DNA from: Eledone cirrhosa
Taxonomy: Eukaryota
NCBI GenBank assembly: GCA_964016885.1
Contig: OZ024742.1
Span: forward strand, 37,820,001 to 37,884,000
DNA: 64,000 nucleotides
Direction: 5' to 3'
The notes beneath the pieces are model-generated. The model was not told where the DNA came from and made no database searches. It saw only the letters and a program-made list of their open reading frames with translations. This document shows, one piece after another, positions 14,095 to 25,686 of this stretch. A program made the translations under genes and the position numbers. Positions within the stretch are counted from its first letter, which is position 1. Each line of letters starts with the position of its first letter.

Positions 14095-15614
14095 TCATCA
14101 TCATCATCACCACCGTTTAATGTCTATTTTTCCATGTTTACATGGATTAGAAGGGTTGTAGCATTACAAGATAATTCAGGTCAAGTGACCATGTCTTGCT
14201 CAAATAGATCTGCATTTTAGCTTAGTTTCTATGGCTGGATCCCCTTCCTAACGCCAACAATGTTACAGTGTGGACTGGGTGCTTTTTATCATGGCACAAA
14301 AACGACCCTGGATGCTTTTTTGTCGTGTCACCAGTACAACCACTTTACAGGGTGGACTGGGTGCTTTTGCCTGTCCCCAACATAGCAGACATACAGGCAT
14401 GATGGACTGGGTGCTTTGTTGTTGTAGCACCCAATCACCATACAGGGTGAACTTTATGGGAGTTCCTCCCCACCCCCCTGGTTTGGCAGGAGGTGTATCA
14501 TGGCAAGTGATGGACACACACACGGGTAGCATGGATGAGGTGCATGGATTATTTAGCTGGTGAGGGGAGGAGGTACTAAGATTGGGGAGGGGTAAAGAGC
14601 AGAAGATTGGTATAGACTAGTGGCTTTTACATGCTTGTTTAATCCCATGCACATGGGAAGGCAAAACTTCTGCAGCACAACGTAATGCCAGAGATCTCGA
14701 TCCTGTGTCCTCATCTTTGTGAAGTGTAATTGGACAAGGGCAGCTTTTATCATTTCATCCCAAACTTCCTTAGATTTCCCTTTTTCATAGTTTCTGCCAA
14801 ATTTGAGTGCCCTGCATCTTTTTATGCAGCTGTATCCTCCATATGCACCACATGTCTATATCACCATAATCTCCTCTCCTGTGCACTGCATCTGACCCCT
14901 CTAATGCCTAGTTTCTACCTAGTTCATTGAGTAAAGAAGTGCCAAGAAATCGCAGTAGAGGAAGACCATGAAAATCATGGGCAGAGGTGGTGAGAGCTGA
15001 CCTCAGATCGCTGAAGCTCATGTAGGAGATGACAAAGGACCATGATGAATGGAGAGATGCTGTGCTGAATAGGACCCATCCCACCCTTGCAAGCAGGGAA
15101 AAGCAGATGTAAAATGATGATGATGATGATGATGAAGCATGTAAGCTTCATTTCTTTCCAATTTTCTTAGGTCCTCTGCACACAGTGCCCAAGTTTCACT
15201 TCCATTCAGCATTGCTGTTCATAGACAAGTTTCATGCAATCTGCCTTTCATTTTCAGGGAAAAATCTTTTGTAGCTAGCAGCAGTAGTAGTTCCCTGAAC
15301 CTTTTCCATCTGTTCCCACTCTGGCTACTATACTTTCAGAACACCCACCTCCACTGCTAATTTAGTAACCCAGGCAACAGAAACTATCAACTATTTCTAT
15401 GGAGTCTTTTGAGCATTTAAAGGAGCTTGTTTCCTGTGAGCTCTTGACCCTTACTGCTCCTGTGCATCGACCAGATACAAAGCCTACGTTCTTTGCTAGC
15501 TTGCCTAATATCCTACAATATCTCTTGTGTACCCATAGTTTGCATTTGGGACATAAGATGAAATTTTTACCCATTCCATTCCTGAACGTTGAGCAAGACC
15601 ATTTCCTTGAGGAG
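14095..15614 (-). mobile_element. Older degenerate RTE copy (family A-like) with a tandemly expanded 3'UTR unit
   Basis: Broken frames give MLNGSETWALCAEDLRKLERNE and ILCPKCKLWVHKR. (CAT)n tail near 14095. ACAG..TGGACTGGGTGCTTT units repeat at about 14265-14460. Confidence 0.8.
14930..15134 (+). mobile_element. RTE family B 3' fragment nested in the opposite orientation in the older RTE
   Basis: Matches the 3' end of the 25687-28289 copy (cccacccttgcaagcagggaaaagc...aaaatgatgatg). Confidence 0.85.
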
Positions 15615-18600
15615 ATCATCATCATCATCATCACTGTTTTACATCCGTTCTTCCACGCTAGCATGGGTTAGACGGGTTGTCCTGTTGTGGGCAGTGTCTG
15701 GTCGGCTGACCATGCCTTGCTCATACAGGAACTGATTTGGCTTGATTTCTACAGCTGGATGCCCTTCCTAACACCAACCTCATTTACAGTGAGTGCTGGG
15801 TGCTTTTTCGTGGCGCCTACACATCCACTTTACAGTGTGGGCTGGGTGCTTTTTTGCCGTGGCACCTCCACGACCACCTTGCGGTGGGGGGGTGGGGGGG
15901 CATATTGTCTATATGCTTCAGCTTGTACCCATGGGAGGTCGGGTACTCTGTATTACTGCGTGACGCCAGAGGTCACGGTCATGTGTCATTGCCTTTGAGA
16001 GGTGTAATTGGGTAAGGTCGGCTTTTATCACCTCATCTCAGGTCATCTTGGGTCTCCCCACTCCACGGTTTCCATCAACCTCTAGTGCTCTGCACCTTTT
16101 TATGCAGCTGTCATCCTTCATACGCATCACATGTCCATACCAGTGCAACCGCCTCTCCTGCACACAGCATTTGATTCCTCTTATGCTCAGTCTCTCTCTC
16201 AATTCATTTATGCTTTGTCGGTCACGTATATTACTATTACACATCCATCGGAGCATGCAGGCTTCGTTTCTCTCTAATCTACGTAAGTCTTCCACCTTCA
16301 GCGCCCAGGTCTCACTACCATGCAACATTGCTGTTCGGATACATGCATCAAACAGTCTGCCTTTCATTCTGAGGGAGAAGCCTTTTGCAGCTAGCAGTGG
16401 TAGTAGTTCCCTAAACTTCTTCCATCCCGTTCTTACCCTAGTTATTGTACTTTCTGAACACCCACCTCCGCTGCTAATTCGGTCACCTAGGTAGCAGAAG
16501 CTGTCTACTGTTTCTACAGAGCCCTCCCAGAGATTGGTGGTACTTGTTTCCTGTGGCTGTTTGTTGTCTCAGCACAGCTGCTGCATGTGAAGCCTATATT
16601 CTTAATTAAGCTTCCTGAGATCCCGCTACATCTCTTGTGTACCCATTGTTTGCATTTGGGGCAGAGAATGGAGTTCCTACCTACACCTTTCCTACATACT
16701 GAGCAAGGCCATTTCCCTGAGGGGATCTGGGTTCTGTTTTCTCGTCTACTTACAAGGACCTTAGTCTTTGTCAGGTTGACTTTGAGACCCTTTCTTTCTA
16801 GTCCCTGCTTCCAAGTTTGGAATTTCTTATCTAGTTCTACCATAGATTCAGCTATGAGTGCGAGGTCATCAGCATACAGGAGTTCCCATGGGCATCCGGT
16901 CTTAAACTCCTCCGTTATTGCCTGCAGGACTATGATGAATAGGAGGGGGCTAAGAACAGAGCCCTGGTGGAGCCCAACCTGTACGCTAAATTCCTCGCTA
17001 TACTCATTGCTAATCCTAACTTTGCTGACTGCTCCCCTATACATGGCTTGTACCGCTTTCACAAGCCATTCATCTACTCCTAGTTTTCTAAGAGCCCACC
17101 AGATTACAGCACGTGGAACTCTGTCAAAGGCTTTCTCAAGGTCGACAAATGCCAAGTAGAGTGGCTTACTTTTAGCTAGGTACTTTTCCTGTAACTGCCT
17201 CACAAGGAAGAGGGCATCAGTGGTGCCTCTTCCTGGTACAAACCCAAATTGTATCTCATCTAGTTTCACCCGGTCCCTAATCAACTGTACTATAACTCTT
17301 TCTGTTACTTTCATGACCTGGTCCATCAACTGTATACCTCTATAGTTTCCTCTATCTAGTGCATCGCCTTTACCTTTGTAGCAGTTGACAATGATGCTAC
17401 TGCACCAATCTTTTGGTATGACACCTTCTAGTATTACCTGGTTAACAATACGTGTGGTTATAGTGTGACCTACAGACCAGATGCCTTCAGCATCTCGGCA
17501 GCTATACCCGATTGACCGGTTGCCTTCCCCATCTTCATATCTTTGATTGCCTTACTTACTACGTTGCTGCTGACTTGTACTGCTGGCTCCTCTATAGGGT
17601 CTACTTGGGGTAGGGTCTCTTCTTCCCATGCATTCTCCTCATTTAGTAATCTATCATAATGACTCTTCCATGCATCTTTCTTCTCAGCACTTGTGAGGGC
17701 AAGCTCACCTTTATCATTCCGGATACACTTCTCTCCAATGACATCACAACTATCTCTGACACACTGCCTCGCAATCTTGAATACCTCCCGTTTCTGGTCC
17801 TCACGTTGCAAAACATGCTTGAATTTTCTATCCTCTGCTTCCCTCCTAGCTAAGTATACTTGTCGCCTAGCTTCCCTCTTGGTCTCTATGTAATGTACCC
17901 TGCTCCCCCCATTCTTCCATTCTTTCCATGCCTGTCTCTTGGCCTTAACTGCTTCATCTACCTTATTGTTCCACCACCAAGTCACTCTCCTCCTGCTTGA
18001 GGTTTTACTCCAGGCACAGACCTCATCCGTCGCCTCTAGTAAATTATTTTTTAGGAACTCCCAGTTCTCTTCTACATTAAATGTATCTATCTGTTCTTCT
18101 TTACTGTCGTAGGCGTTGAGTAAAATATCTTTAAATCTGTTACTGGTTGAGGGGACTTTCAGCTTCTAGATCTTTCTTCTCCAGGTTGGCCTCTGTTTCC
18201 AGGTTCGTTTAGTTCTGACCAAGAGGTCGCTGACAACTAAGCTATGTTGGGATGTACATTCCTCACTAGGGAAGGCTTTTGTGTTTACGACCGTCCATCT
18301 GTCATGTCCTCTGATGAGGATAAAATCTATCTGACTGGACTGCTCCCCTGATCTATAGATGATCAGGTGGTTGTTGGGTTTTTTAAAGTTTGTGTTACAT
18401 ATCGACATGTCATTGGCGTCGCAGAATTCTAGAAGTCTGAATCCTTCCTCATTTCTTGTGCCAACCCCATGGCCTCCATGTACTCTATTGAAGCCGTCGC
18501 AGTGTTTACCTACGTGTCCGTTAAAATCTCCTGCGAAGATTAGGAAGTCATTGTCGTCTGTTAGAGCAGTAGTGTGCATTAGGGACTCGTAAAACCTATC

Positions 18601-18709
18601 CTTAAGTTCGTCTGGCAGCCCCGATTGGGGTGCGTAAGCTGATATTATTGTGGTAATTGTTTTATTCAGGACTAGTCTGAGTTTAATGATTCTTGCATTT
18701 ACCCTGATC
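15615..18709 (-). mobile_element. RTE-clade LINE family A, about 3.1 kb, 5'-truncated in the AP endonuclease, ORF disrupted
   Basis: ORF pieces cover the endonuclease (AYAPQ, GDFNGHVG, QIDFIL), TWWWN, the RT (QFGFVPG, DLEKAFD, YADD), a PHD-like finger and the C-terminus, followed by the 3'UTR and (ATG)n tail. Confidence 0.95.
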
Positions 18710-18832
18710 TGGACTGTTTTCCTTCAATATATATATATATATATATTTGGTGATATATCGACCAGAAGGTTTACCATGTTGATTCTTCACTACCTGGTTG
18801 ATATATTATATATATCAACCAGTTGATATATA

Positions 18833-19792
18833 TCATCATCATCATTTTACGTCCGCTTTTCCCTGCTTGCAAGGGTGGGACGGGTCTTATTCAGCACAGC
18901 ATCTCTCCACTTGTCACGGTCCCTCGTCATCTCCACCGTGAGCTTCAATGATCTGAGGTCTGTTCTCACCACCTCCGCCCATGTTTTTCGTGGTCTACCT
19001 CTACCACGTCTTCCTTCAACTGGCATTTCCTGGCACTTCTTCACCCATCGGTTATCCTCCATGCGCATCACATGTCCATACCACCTCAGTCTCCTCTCCC
19101 GTACACTACATTCTATCCCTCTCAGACACAGTTTCTCTCTCAACCCATTTATGCTGGGTCGTTCACGCACATTTACACTGCACATCCAACGGAGCATGCT
19201 TGCCTCATTTCTCTCCAGCCGTCGCATATCCTCTGCAGTTGCTGCCCATGTCTCACTACCATGCAGCATCGCGCTCCTCACACAGGCATCATACAACCGG
19301 CCTTTCGTATGCATGGAGAAACCCTTCTTCGTCAACAGAGGAAGCAGCTCCCTAAACTTCTTCCAACCCGTCCTTATTCTAGATACTATGGCCTCGGAAC
19401 ACCCTCCTCCCATGCTAATCTGATCTCCTAGGTACCGGAAGCTATCCACCACTTCTATAGCGCCCTCTCGCATTTGAAAAATGTGTCTTTCAGTGCGACT
19501 TCTACTGTCTAATTTCCCTGTACATCTACTGCATACATATTTCTCCCTACCTGTTAGTTTGTCTGCTATCCCGCTACATCTCTTGTGTACCCAGGACCTG
19601 CATTGTGTGCATTTTATAGAATTTATGCCAGTTCCTTTTCTGCATATCGAACATGGCCATTTCCCTGATGGAATCAGGGTTTTGTCCTCTTTTCTACTCA
19701 TCAACACTTTTGTCTTAGCTAGATTTACTCTCAGTCCTCTTGCTTCCAACTGCTGTTTCCATAGCCGGAATTTATTCTCTAGCTCCTCTACT
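18833..19792 (-). mobile_element. RTE family B, 5'-truncated young copy inserted in a (TA)n tract
   Basis: Uninterrupted 300-aa ORF, near-identical to 27315-28265. The ORF stop lies immediately before the (ATG)n tail. Confidence 0.95.
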
Positions 19793-20935
19793 ATATATAT
19801 CTATATATATATCAACCAGGTAGTGAAGAATCAACATGGTAAACCTTCTGGTCGATATATCACCAAATTACATCACTAAAATTTATACAGATCAGAGCTA
19901 TCTGATGAAATCATATCTGAAGGTTTAGAATTATGTAAAAGATACCATGAAAATATGTGTAGCAGCTATTACAAAATAAATAAAATGTGATGAAGTATAA
20001 CCTTATTGCCTTCTACCTCATATATGTGTTTGTGTGTGCATTACAAGTTTACTGTTTCATCATTAAGCCATCCTCTATATTATAGTATTTTCATTTGCAC
20101 TCTATGTAGCTAAAATAAAGGATGAGAGAAGTTCAATGCCCTGCAAAAGGCATACTGCCAATAATAGGATGGATATCAACTCTGTAACTCTTTAGTCTAG
20201 ATACTGATATCACCAGTCATCTATAGAAACTCCTCTTAAAACTGTCATATATGAAGCCTGTTTTGTTTAATTTTCTAAATAGTAATATGAGCTTCAACAA
20301 CATCCTACAATAAGTGTGTTAAGGCTATTTTCCTTGTTAAAGCTGGGGTTAGCCTGCAGGGGAGGGGAACATGACAAGCATCTCCATTTTGCTTCTGCAC
20401 GTCCACCTCCACAACCCTTGGTTAATTTCCTCCTCCATTTTTAGCCACGCTTTTATTGGTGTGCGCCCCCCCCCCCCCCCCCGTTCCTATACTTCCTTCA
20501 ATATTCATTTTCGTCACTTCTCTCACCTAGTCACCATCCAGCCATCTTATACCATTTCTCTTCACAACATTCATCATTAGCTCTAAAAAACTGAATAGAT
20601 TTAATAAAGTGTATAAATTGATAAATAATATAATTAAATTTTGTATTTCTAAAAAAATAAAAAAAATAAAAAACCTTGACTTAAAAGACCAACAAAAAAG
20701 GAAGTGGGGTATAGAACTCCTCAATAACAAAAATTATTGAGGGCAACTTTTGTAAATAGATGAATGTATATATTGAAACAGTTAATAAGTGAAAACTGAA
20801 TAGATAGATAAATATAATAGCAGTGTTATAAATCAACAGATGGAATAACAGAGTAACACAAGTGATATCCATTAAAAGATAAAACTTCTTCCTTCTCAAG
20901 AACAATTACTATTAATAATCTGTATATCAACTCAC

Positions 20936-20998
20936 ATAAGTATTACAATCAGTGACCTCTTTTCTTAGTACAACAGGATTTGACATGTTCATTTTTTT
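20936..20998 (-). CDS. Possible alternative or cassette exon (KKMNMSNPVVLRKEVTDCNTY)
   Basis: cttctccttattcatcatccttag|63 nt open|gtgagt. The phase 0 donor is compatible with the phase 0 liprin-beta exon. No homology recognised. Confidence 0.25.
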
Positions 20999-23224
20999 CT
21001 AAGGATGATGAATAAGGAGAAGTCTGTATTCCCTTGAGCATTTATTTGGCAATATGCCAAAAAATATTCCAAAGGGATGTCAGTTTATCCATGCTGATGA
21101 AACAGCACCACAATTTTTGTAAATTGAATAACCAGTCATGTTTACACAGTCTTACTCAATATGATATCAAAGATGTTTTGATAAGTTTTAGATAGCATAC
21201 CTGGGGATTGTACACACAAATCAAATGTTCTGAAAAGCATATAGAGACAAGACATACTTTGTGTCATGTCTGAATTCACTGTTGTGAAAACATTGAATGA
21301 AATATGCCCAACACCCTTATACTCTTGTTATCATGTATGATGTTCTTGTGCAGATTTAACCTTTTTGATAACAAACCACCTGAAGCTGGTCATGGTTCTA
21401 AAATGCAAAACTGTTTATCTTAAAATATTTATAAACAGTTTGGAGGGATTTAGTAATATAATTAACTTTATCATAATTTGTCTGATGTTTAAAGCACAAA
21501 TTAACAAAGGTTCCTACAAATTATTATAGAAAGCTTTTTGATAAATATAATACAAATAGTTTTAGAACTAGGAGCAGTTTTGGGCAGTTTGGTATCAAGA
21601 GATGAATAATTTTTGCCATTCATACCTACTCAACTCTCTTTCTTTTATACTCCTTTTGTTTTTACAAAACCATTCAAGAGACAATTCTAGCAGAAATCAT
21701 TTGAAAACTAGCCAAGAAAGTAGGAGTTTCTGAGATAAAACTAATTCATCCAATTCTAAAATTATGTTGCATTAACAACAATTTTTGCTATTTATTTTTC
21801 CTCATTCAGCAGCTAAATTATTTGATTTAGTTATAAAACTACATGCATATATTATTCTGTAAAAGGTGACTGTGTTGTGATAATATGCAGGAGATTCCAG
21901 GAAGACTGCAAACACACAATAACCAGTTGGACAGGTGCTGAGAGAACTGTGGTGAATCAACTATGTTAGTCAACTATGTTGGTAGAAGCTTGCTGCTGCC
22001 TTGTACATGGTAAAATATGGGGAGATTTAAGTCTAAGTAAGTAAAAGATGAAGAACTGAGGTAGATATCCTATAAACTGAATATTGTGTATGTGGAGCCA
22101 GAGACAGAATCAGACTATCTATTTCATGAGATAAGAATTCATTGCTAACAGTTCTAAAAATGATCCCAAATTCTATTTCATATATATATATATATCAAGT
22201 ATTTAATCTTTTTGATACCAAACTTCCCCTAGTTCTATGATACTAAGCTGTTTATTTTAAAGTGTTTAATATTTATCTCAAAACCTTCCATCATAATTCT
22301 ATGTAAGAACCTTTGTTAATATATGTTCCAAATACCAGTGAGAAAGTTAGTTATATTACTAAATCCTTGATTATTTTCAATATTATTTGAAAACCATAGG
22401 CAGTGTCTTTTGTTAGAAATATGATAATGAGAGGGTTAAAAAGGAAAGAACTGTTCTGGAGAAATATTTTGATAGAATAAATCTGTATATCAGCTATAAC
22501 TATCTACCCCCACATCTCTCTCTCTTACACACTTTCATACATTCTCTTTCACTCAATCACAGACAAGCACTCATCTAAATATATGAACATGACACAGTTC
22601 ATACTTCTAGTTTGATAGGCGAGTTAAAAAAAGATAATTGAATTAGAATGAATGACATTTGTAATATTATAAGCATATATGAGTCAGTCATTTTACCTTT
22701 GTATAGCAAACAAGTGTGATTTGTAACAAAAATAAATTAAGTCCTTAACCTAAAGCAAATTTATAATTTGTCATACAAAATAAATTTGGTTTGTAAATTT
22801 TCTTCATACTTTTATCTATATTTTTTCTCATAAAATCTCGAATGAAATAAATGTTTTAATATAATTAGAATTAAATCCATTAATTACAGTTGATGATATG
22901 ATTTTTTTTTTTTTTAAAGAAACAATTTGTTTTATTTCATTACCTATGTGATCAGGATAAACCATTTACACAAGAAATCATCATCATCATCATCATAATG
23001 AACACTGTTGCTCACTCTCTGGTCACACTGTATCATGCACATCAATCTCCTTCGCCTACACTCTACAGAAAACATGACCACATCACTACCAAGTGCGATA
23101 ATCGGCTGAACATCATAAGGATCAATGGAACACTTTAAGGCAAACCAACACACTCACAACATTACCATGAGTAGTGGCGAGGCTAAGGCGCTAAAACAAC
23201 CAGGCACCCTCATGATAATCACCT

Positions 23225-24235
23225 GACACCTCAGTAAAGCGAGCTGCCAGCGATGACAAGAACTTTGCTGTCAGTGGCCCAACTCCACACCACAGGCTGG
23301 AAAAAAAAATTATTAGATAAATCTAGGTATTTCCGAATTTTATTCCATTCAGCAACGGAAGCAGTGACCCCCAGATTTACCGTGGCATCCATGATGTGGG
23401 TGGGAGCAAAAGAGTCCTTGACTGTTGCGTCCCAGAAGAGACACCTACCTCTAACACAAGGACCAAGAGTCTGGTCTCTTCCCATGACTTTAGGGCAAAC
23501 AAACCGGCTCCAGAACTAAGAGGATATTTGTCCAAGCCAGGGCCTGTATGATGATCATGTTTAGCTTGGTGTGGTGGGTGAAACTACCAGCATTCAGGCG
23601 ACAGGACAAACCATGTAGGCCCGTGGAGTCGACAGATCTAACACAGTGACATCTCAGACCCCCACAGACATCAGAACCCACTCAAAATGCAATGGATATG
23701 CAGAGCTTGTCCTGTCTGAGAAAACCGCCAATGTTGGCCACAGGCAGGCTATCAATCCTTCAAAATTGATCGGAATGATTAAAGAGATAGTTAAAAGTTT
23801 CCCTCAAACGCAGATTGTCCAATACTCTCTGCTTCCGTCTATCCTCATCAGTAATAGGAACTGACAAACCCAGCTCTCTCCACTGTAGTAAAACTTCATC
23901 CATCTCCTTGGTGGAACTATCCCATGTTGGACAGGAGAGGATGTCACCAAGCATGGATGGAGGAAAAAAGCAATGTAGAGACAAAGATGTGCATTTGCGC
24001 AGACCAAGACCTCCAAACTGTTTGGCAAGGCAGCTTGGTTGCAAGACTCTGGAGAGACTTGGACAATGACCAGACTCTTGAGTTCACTGAATATTTGGTT
24101 GTCAAAGAGTTGGAGAGACAACGAGAATTTGTAAGAGGGAAGAGCTCTGAGGAAATACAACAACTTAGGGATTGTATAAAGAAAAACCTTGGTAAATTCA
24201 TGAATTCCAGTAATTCAAACCATGAAAGAAAGCCT
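23225..24235 (-). mobile_element. Decayed CRE-like non-LTR retrotransposon fragment (RT thumb, zinc knuckle, restriction-like endonuclease)
   Basis: Frame pieces give FGGLGLR, CHC..VDSTGLHGLSC, HTKLNMII and GRCLFWDATVKDSFAP...AEWNKIRKY. Confidence 0.7.
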
Positions 24236-25686
24236 ACATAAAGAGAAATGAAGACAAAATAAACAACTCATCATTTAACCATTTCTAATTATAAAAACAC
24301 TGCCTATGATATTCAAATAATTTTTTAAATAATTAAGAAATTGGAGGTATTTAGTAATATAATTAACTTTCTCTTTTAGTTATTGTTTGGAACATAACTT
24401 AGCAAATTCTTATACATTCATTTCATTTCACATACATTAACAACATTTGAAAACAAAGAATTTTGCACTGTAGAACTAGGGGCAGTTTTGAGTGGGTTAT
24501 GGTTAAATTTTCATGTTTCAAAGCATTTAAATTTTACTCAGAGGATTTGCAACTTTTCTAAAATGGGCTTTTTCCCTTTCATTACCATATTTCCAGTGGA
24601 GGACATGGCCTATGATTTTCCTCATTTTGAAAAAAAATCAGAAATTTGAAGACATTAAGTTGATGTTTGGAAAATATTTCAACAAATGTTCTTCCATAAA
24701 ATTATGATGGGAAATTTTTGAATACTTTAAAATATTTATATTTATCTTAAAATATGTCATCATAATTTTATGTAGAAGCCTTTGTTAAGTCATATTTAAT
24801 ATTAAGGAAGTTAGTTATATTACTAAATCACTTAAAATTCTTGATTATTTAAAAAATCATTTGAAAACCCAAGTGCTGATTTGAATAACTTTAAAAGTAG
24901 AAAGTTAAATTCATATTCTATCACCAGCTCATTGTGAAGATATATGAGTCTATGGTAATGTGTGTATGAGAGAGAGAGTAGGGTGCTGAAGAGCTTTGCA
25001 ATTAAGATAGAATCTTTGAAAAAAAGAAACAGAACAAATAAAAAGGCATTTAAAATACCCAAACAGTTAAATTATAAATAAAAGTTTAACTACATTTTGT
25101 TTTGCTTAAGAACCATTTATATTTTATGATGAACAAAAATATTTGGCAAAAATACAACTTAATAAATGAAAGTAATGATACTGCAATTCTAAAAGTTTAA
25201 ATATTATTAGATACTCAAAGGAGATTTAACACTTAACATCCTGTAATGATCTAGCAGAAAATATTTAAAATTAGTTTGTTGATTCAAATGCTTATAAATA
25301 TCTTTGCCATGGAAAAACTGTAGCGAACATTTGCAATATTAAACTTGGGTTCAAATCCTGCCATGGTTAACTTTACCTCTTATCCTTCTGTGGTTGATAC
25401 AATAAAATACCAGTTAAGTATCAAGGATGATAGCTAGCCTTGTGCCTAAATTAGAGATCAATTTTAGACTTCAAATTTTTGTGATGTAGAATGTCTTGTG
25501 GTTTTGTGTAGTACATGACAAGAAGAATTAAGAGAAAATAATTAATCAAAAAAAAATAAATCTAATCAATAAATAAATGAATAACCCATAGACATGCATG
25601 AATTCCTCACAAATTGCTGACATGCAAACAGCAAGCCAGAGTGGCATAAATAACATAAATTCAAAAATTCACAGTATTGTGAACCG

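Noticed and set aside
21201-21229. Peptide TFDLCVQSP resembling vertebrate liprin-beta1 IFDCQSP as an orthologous exon
   Set aside because: The match is too short, and the conserved exons that should lie between it and 3457 were not found; kept only as a weak exon candidate.
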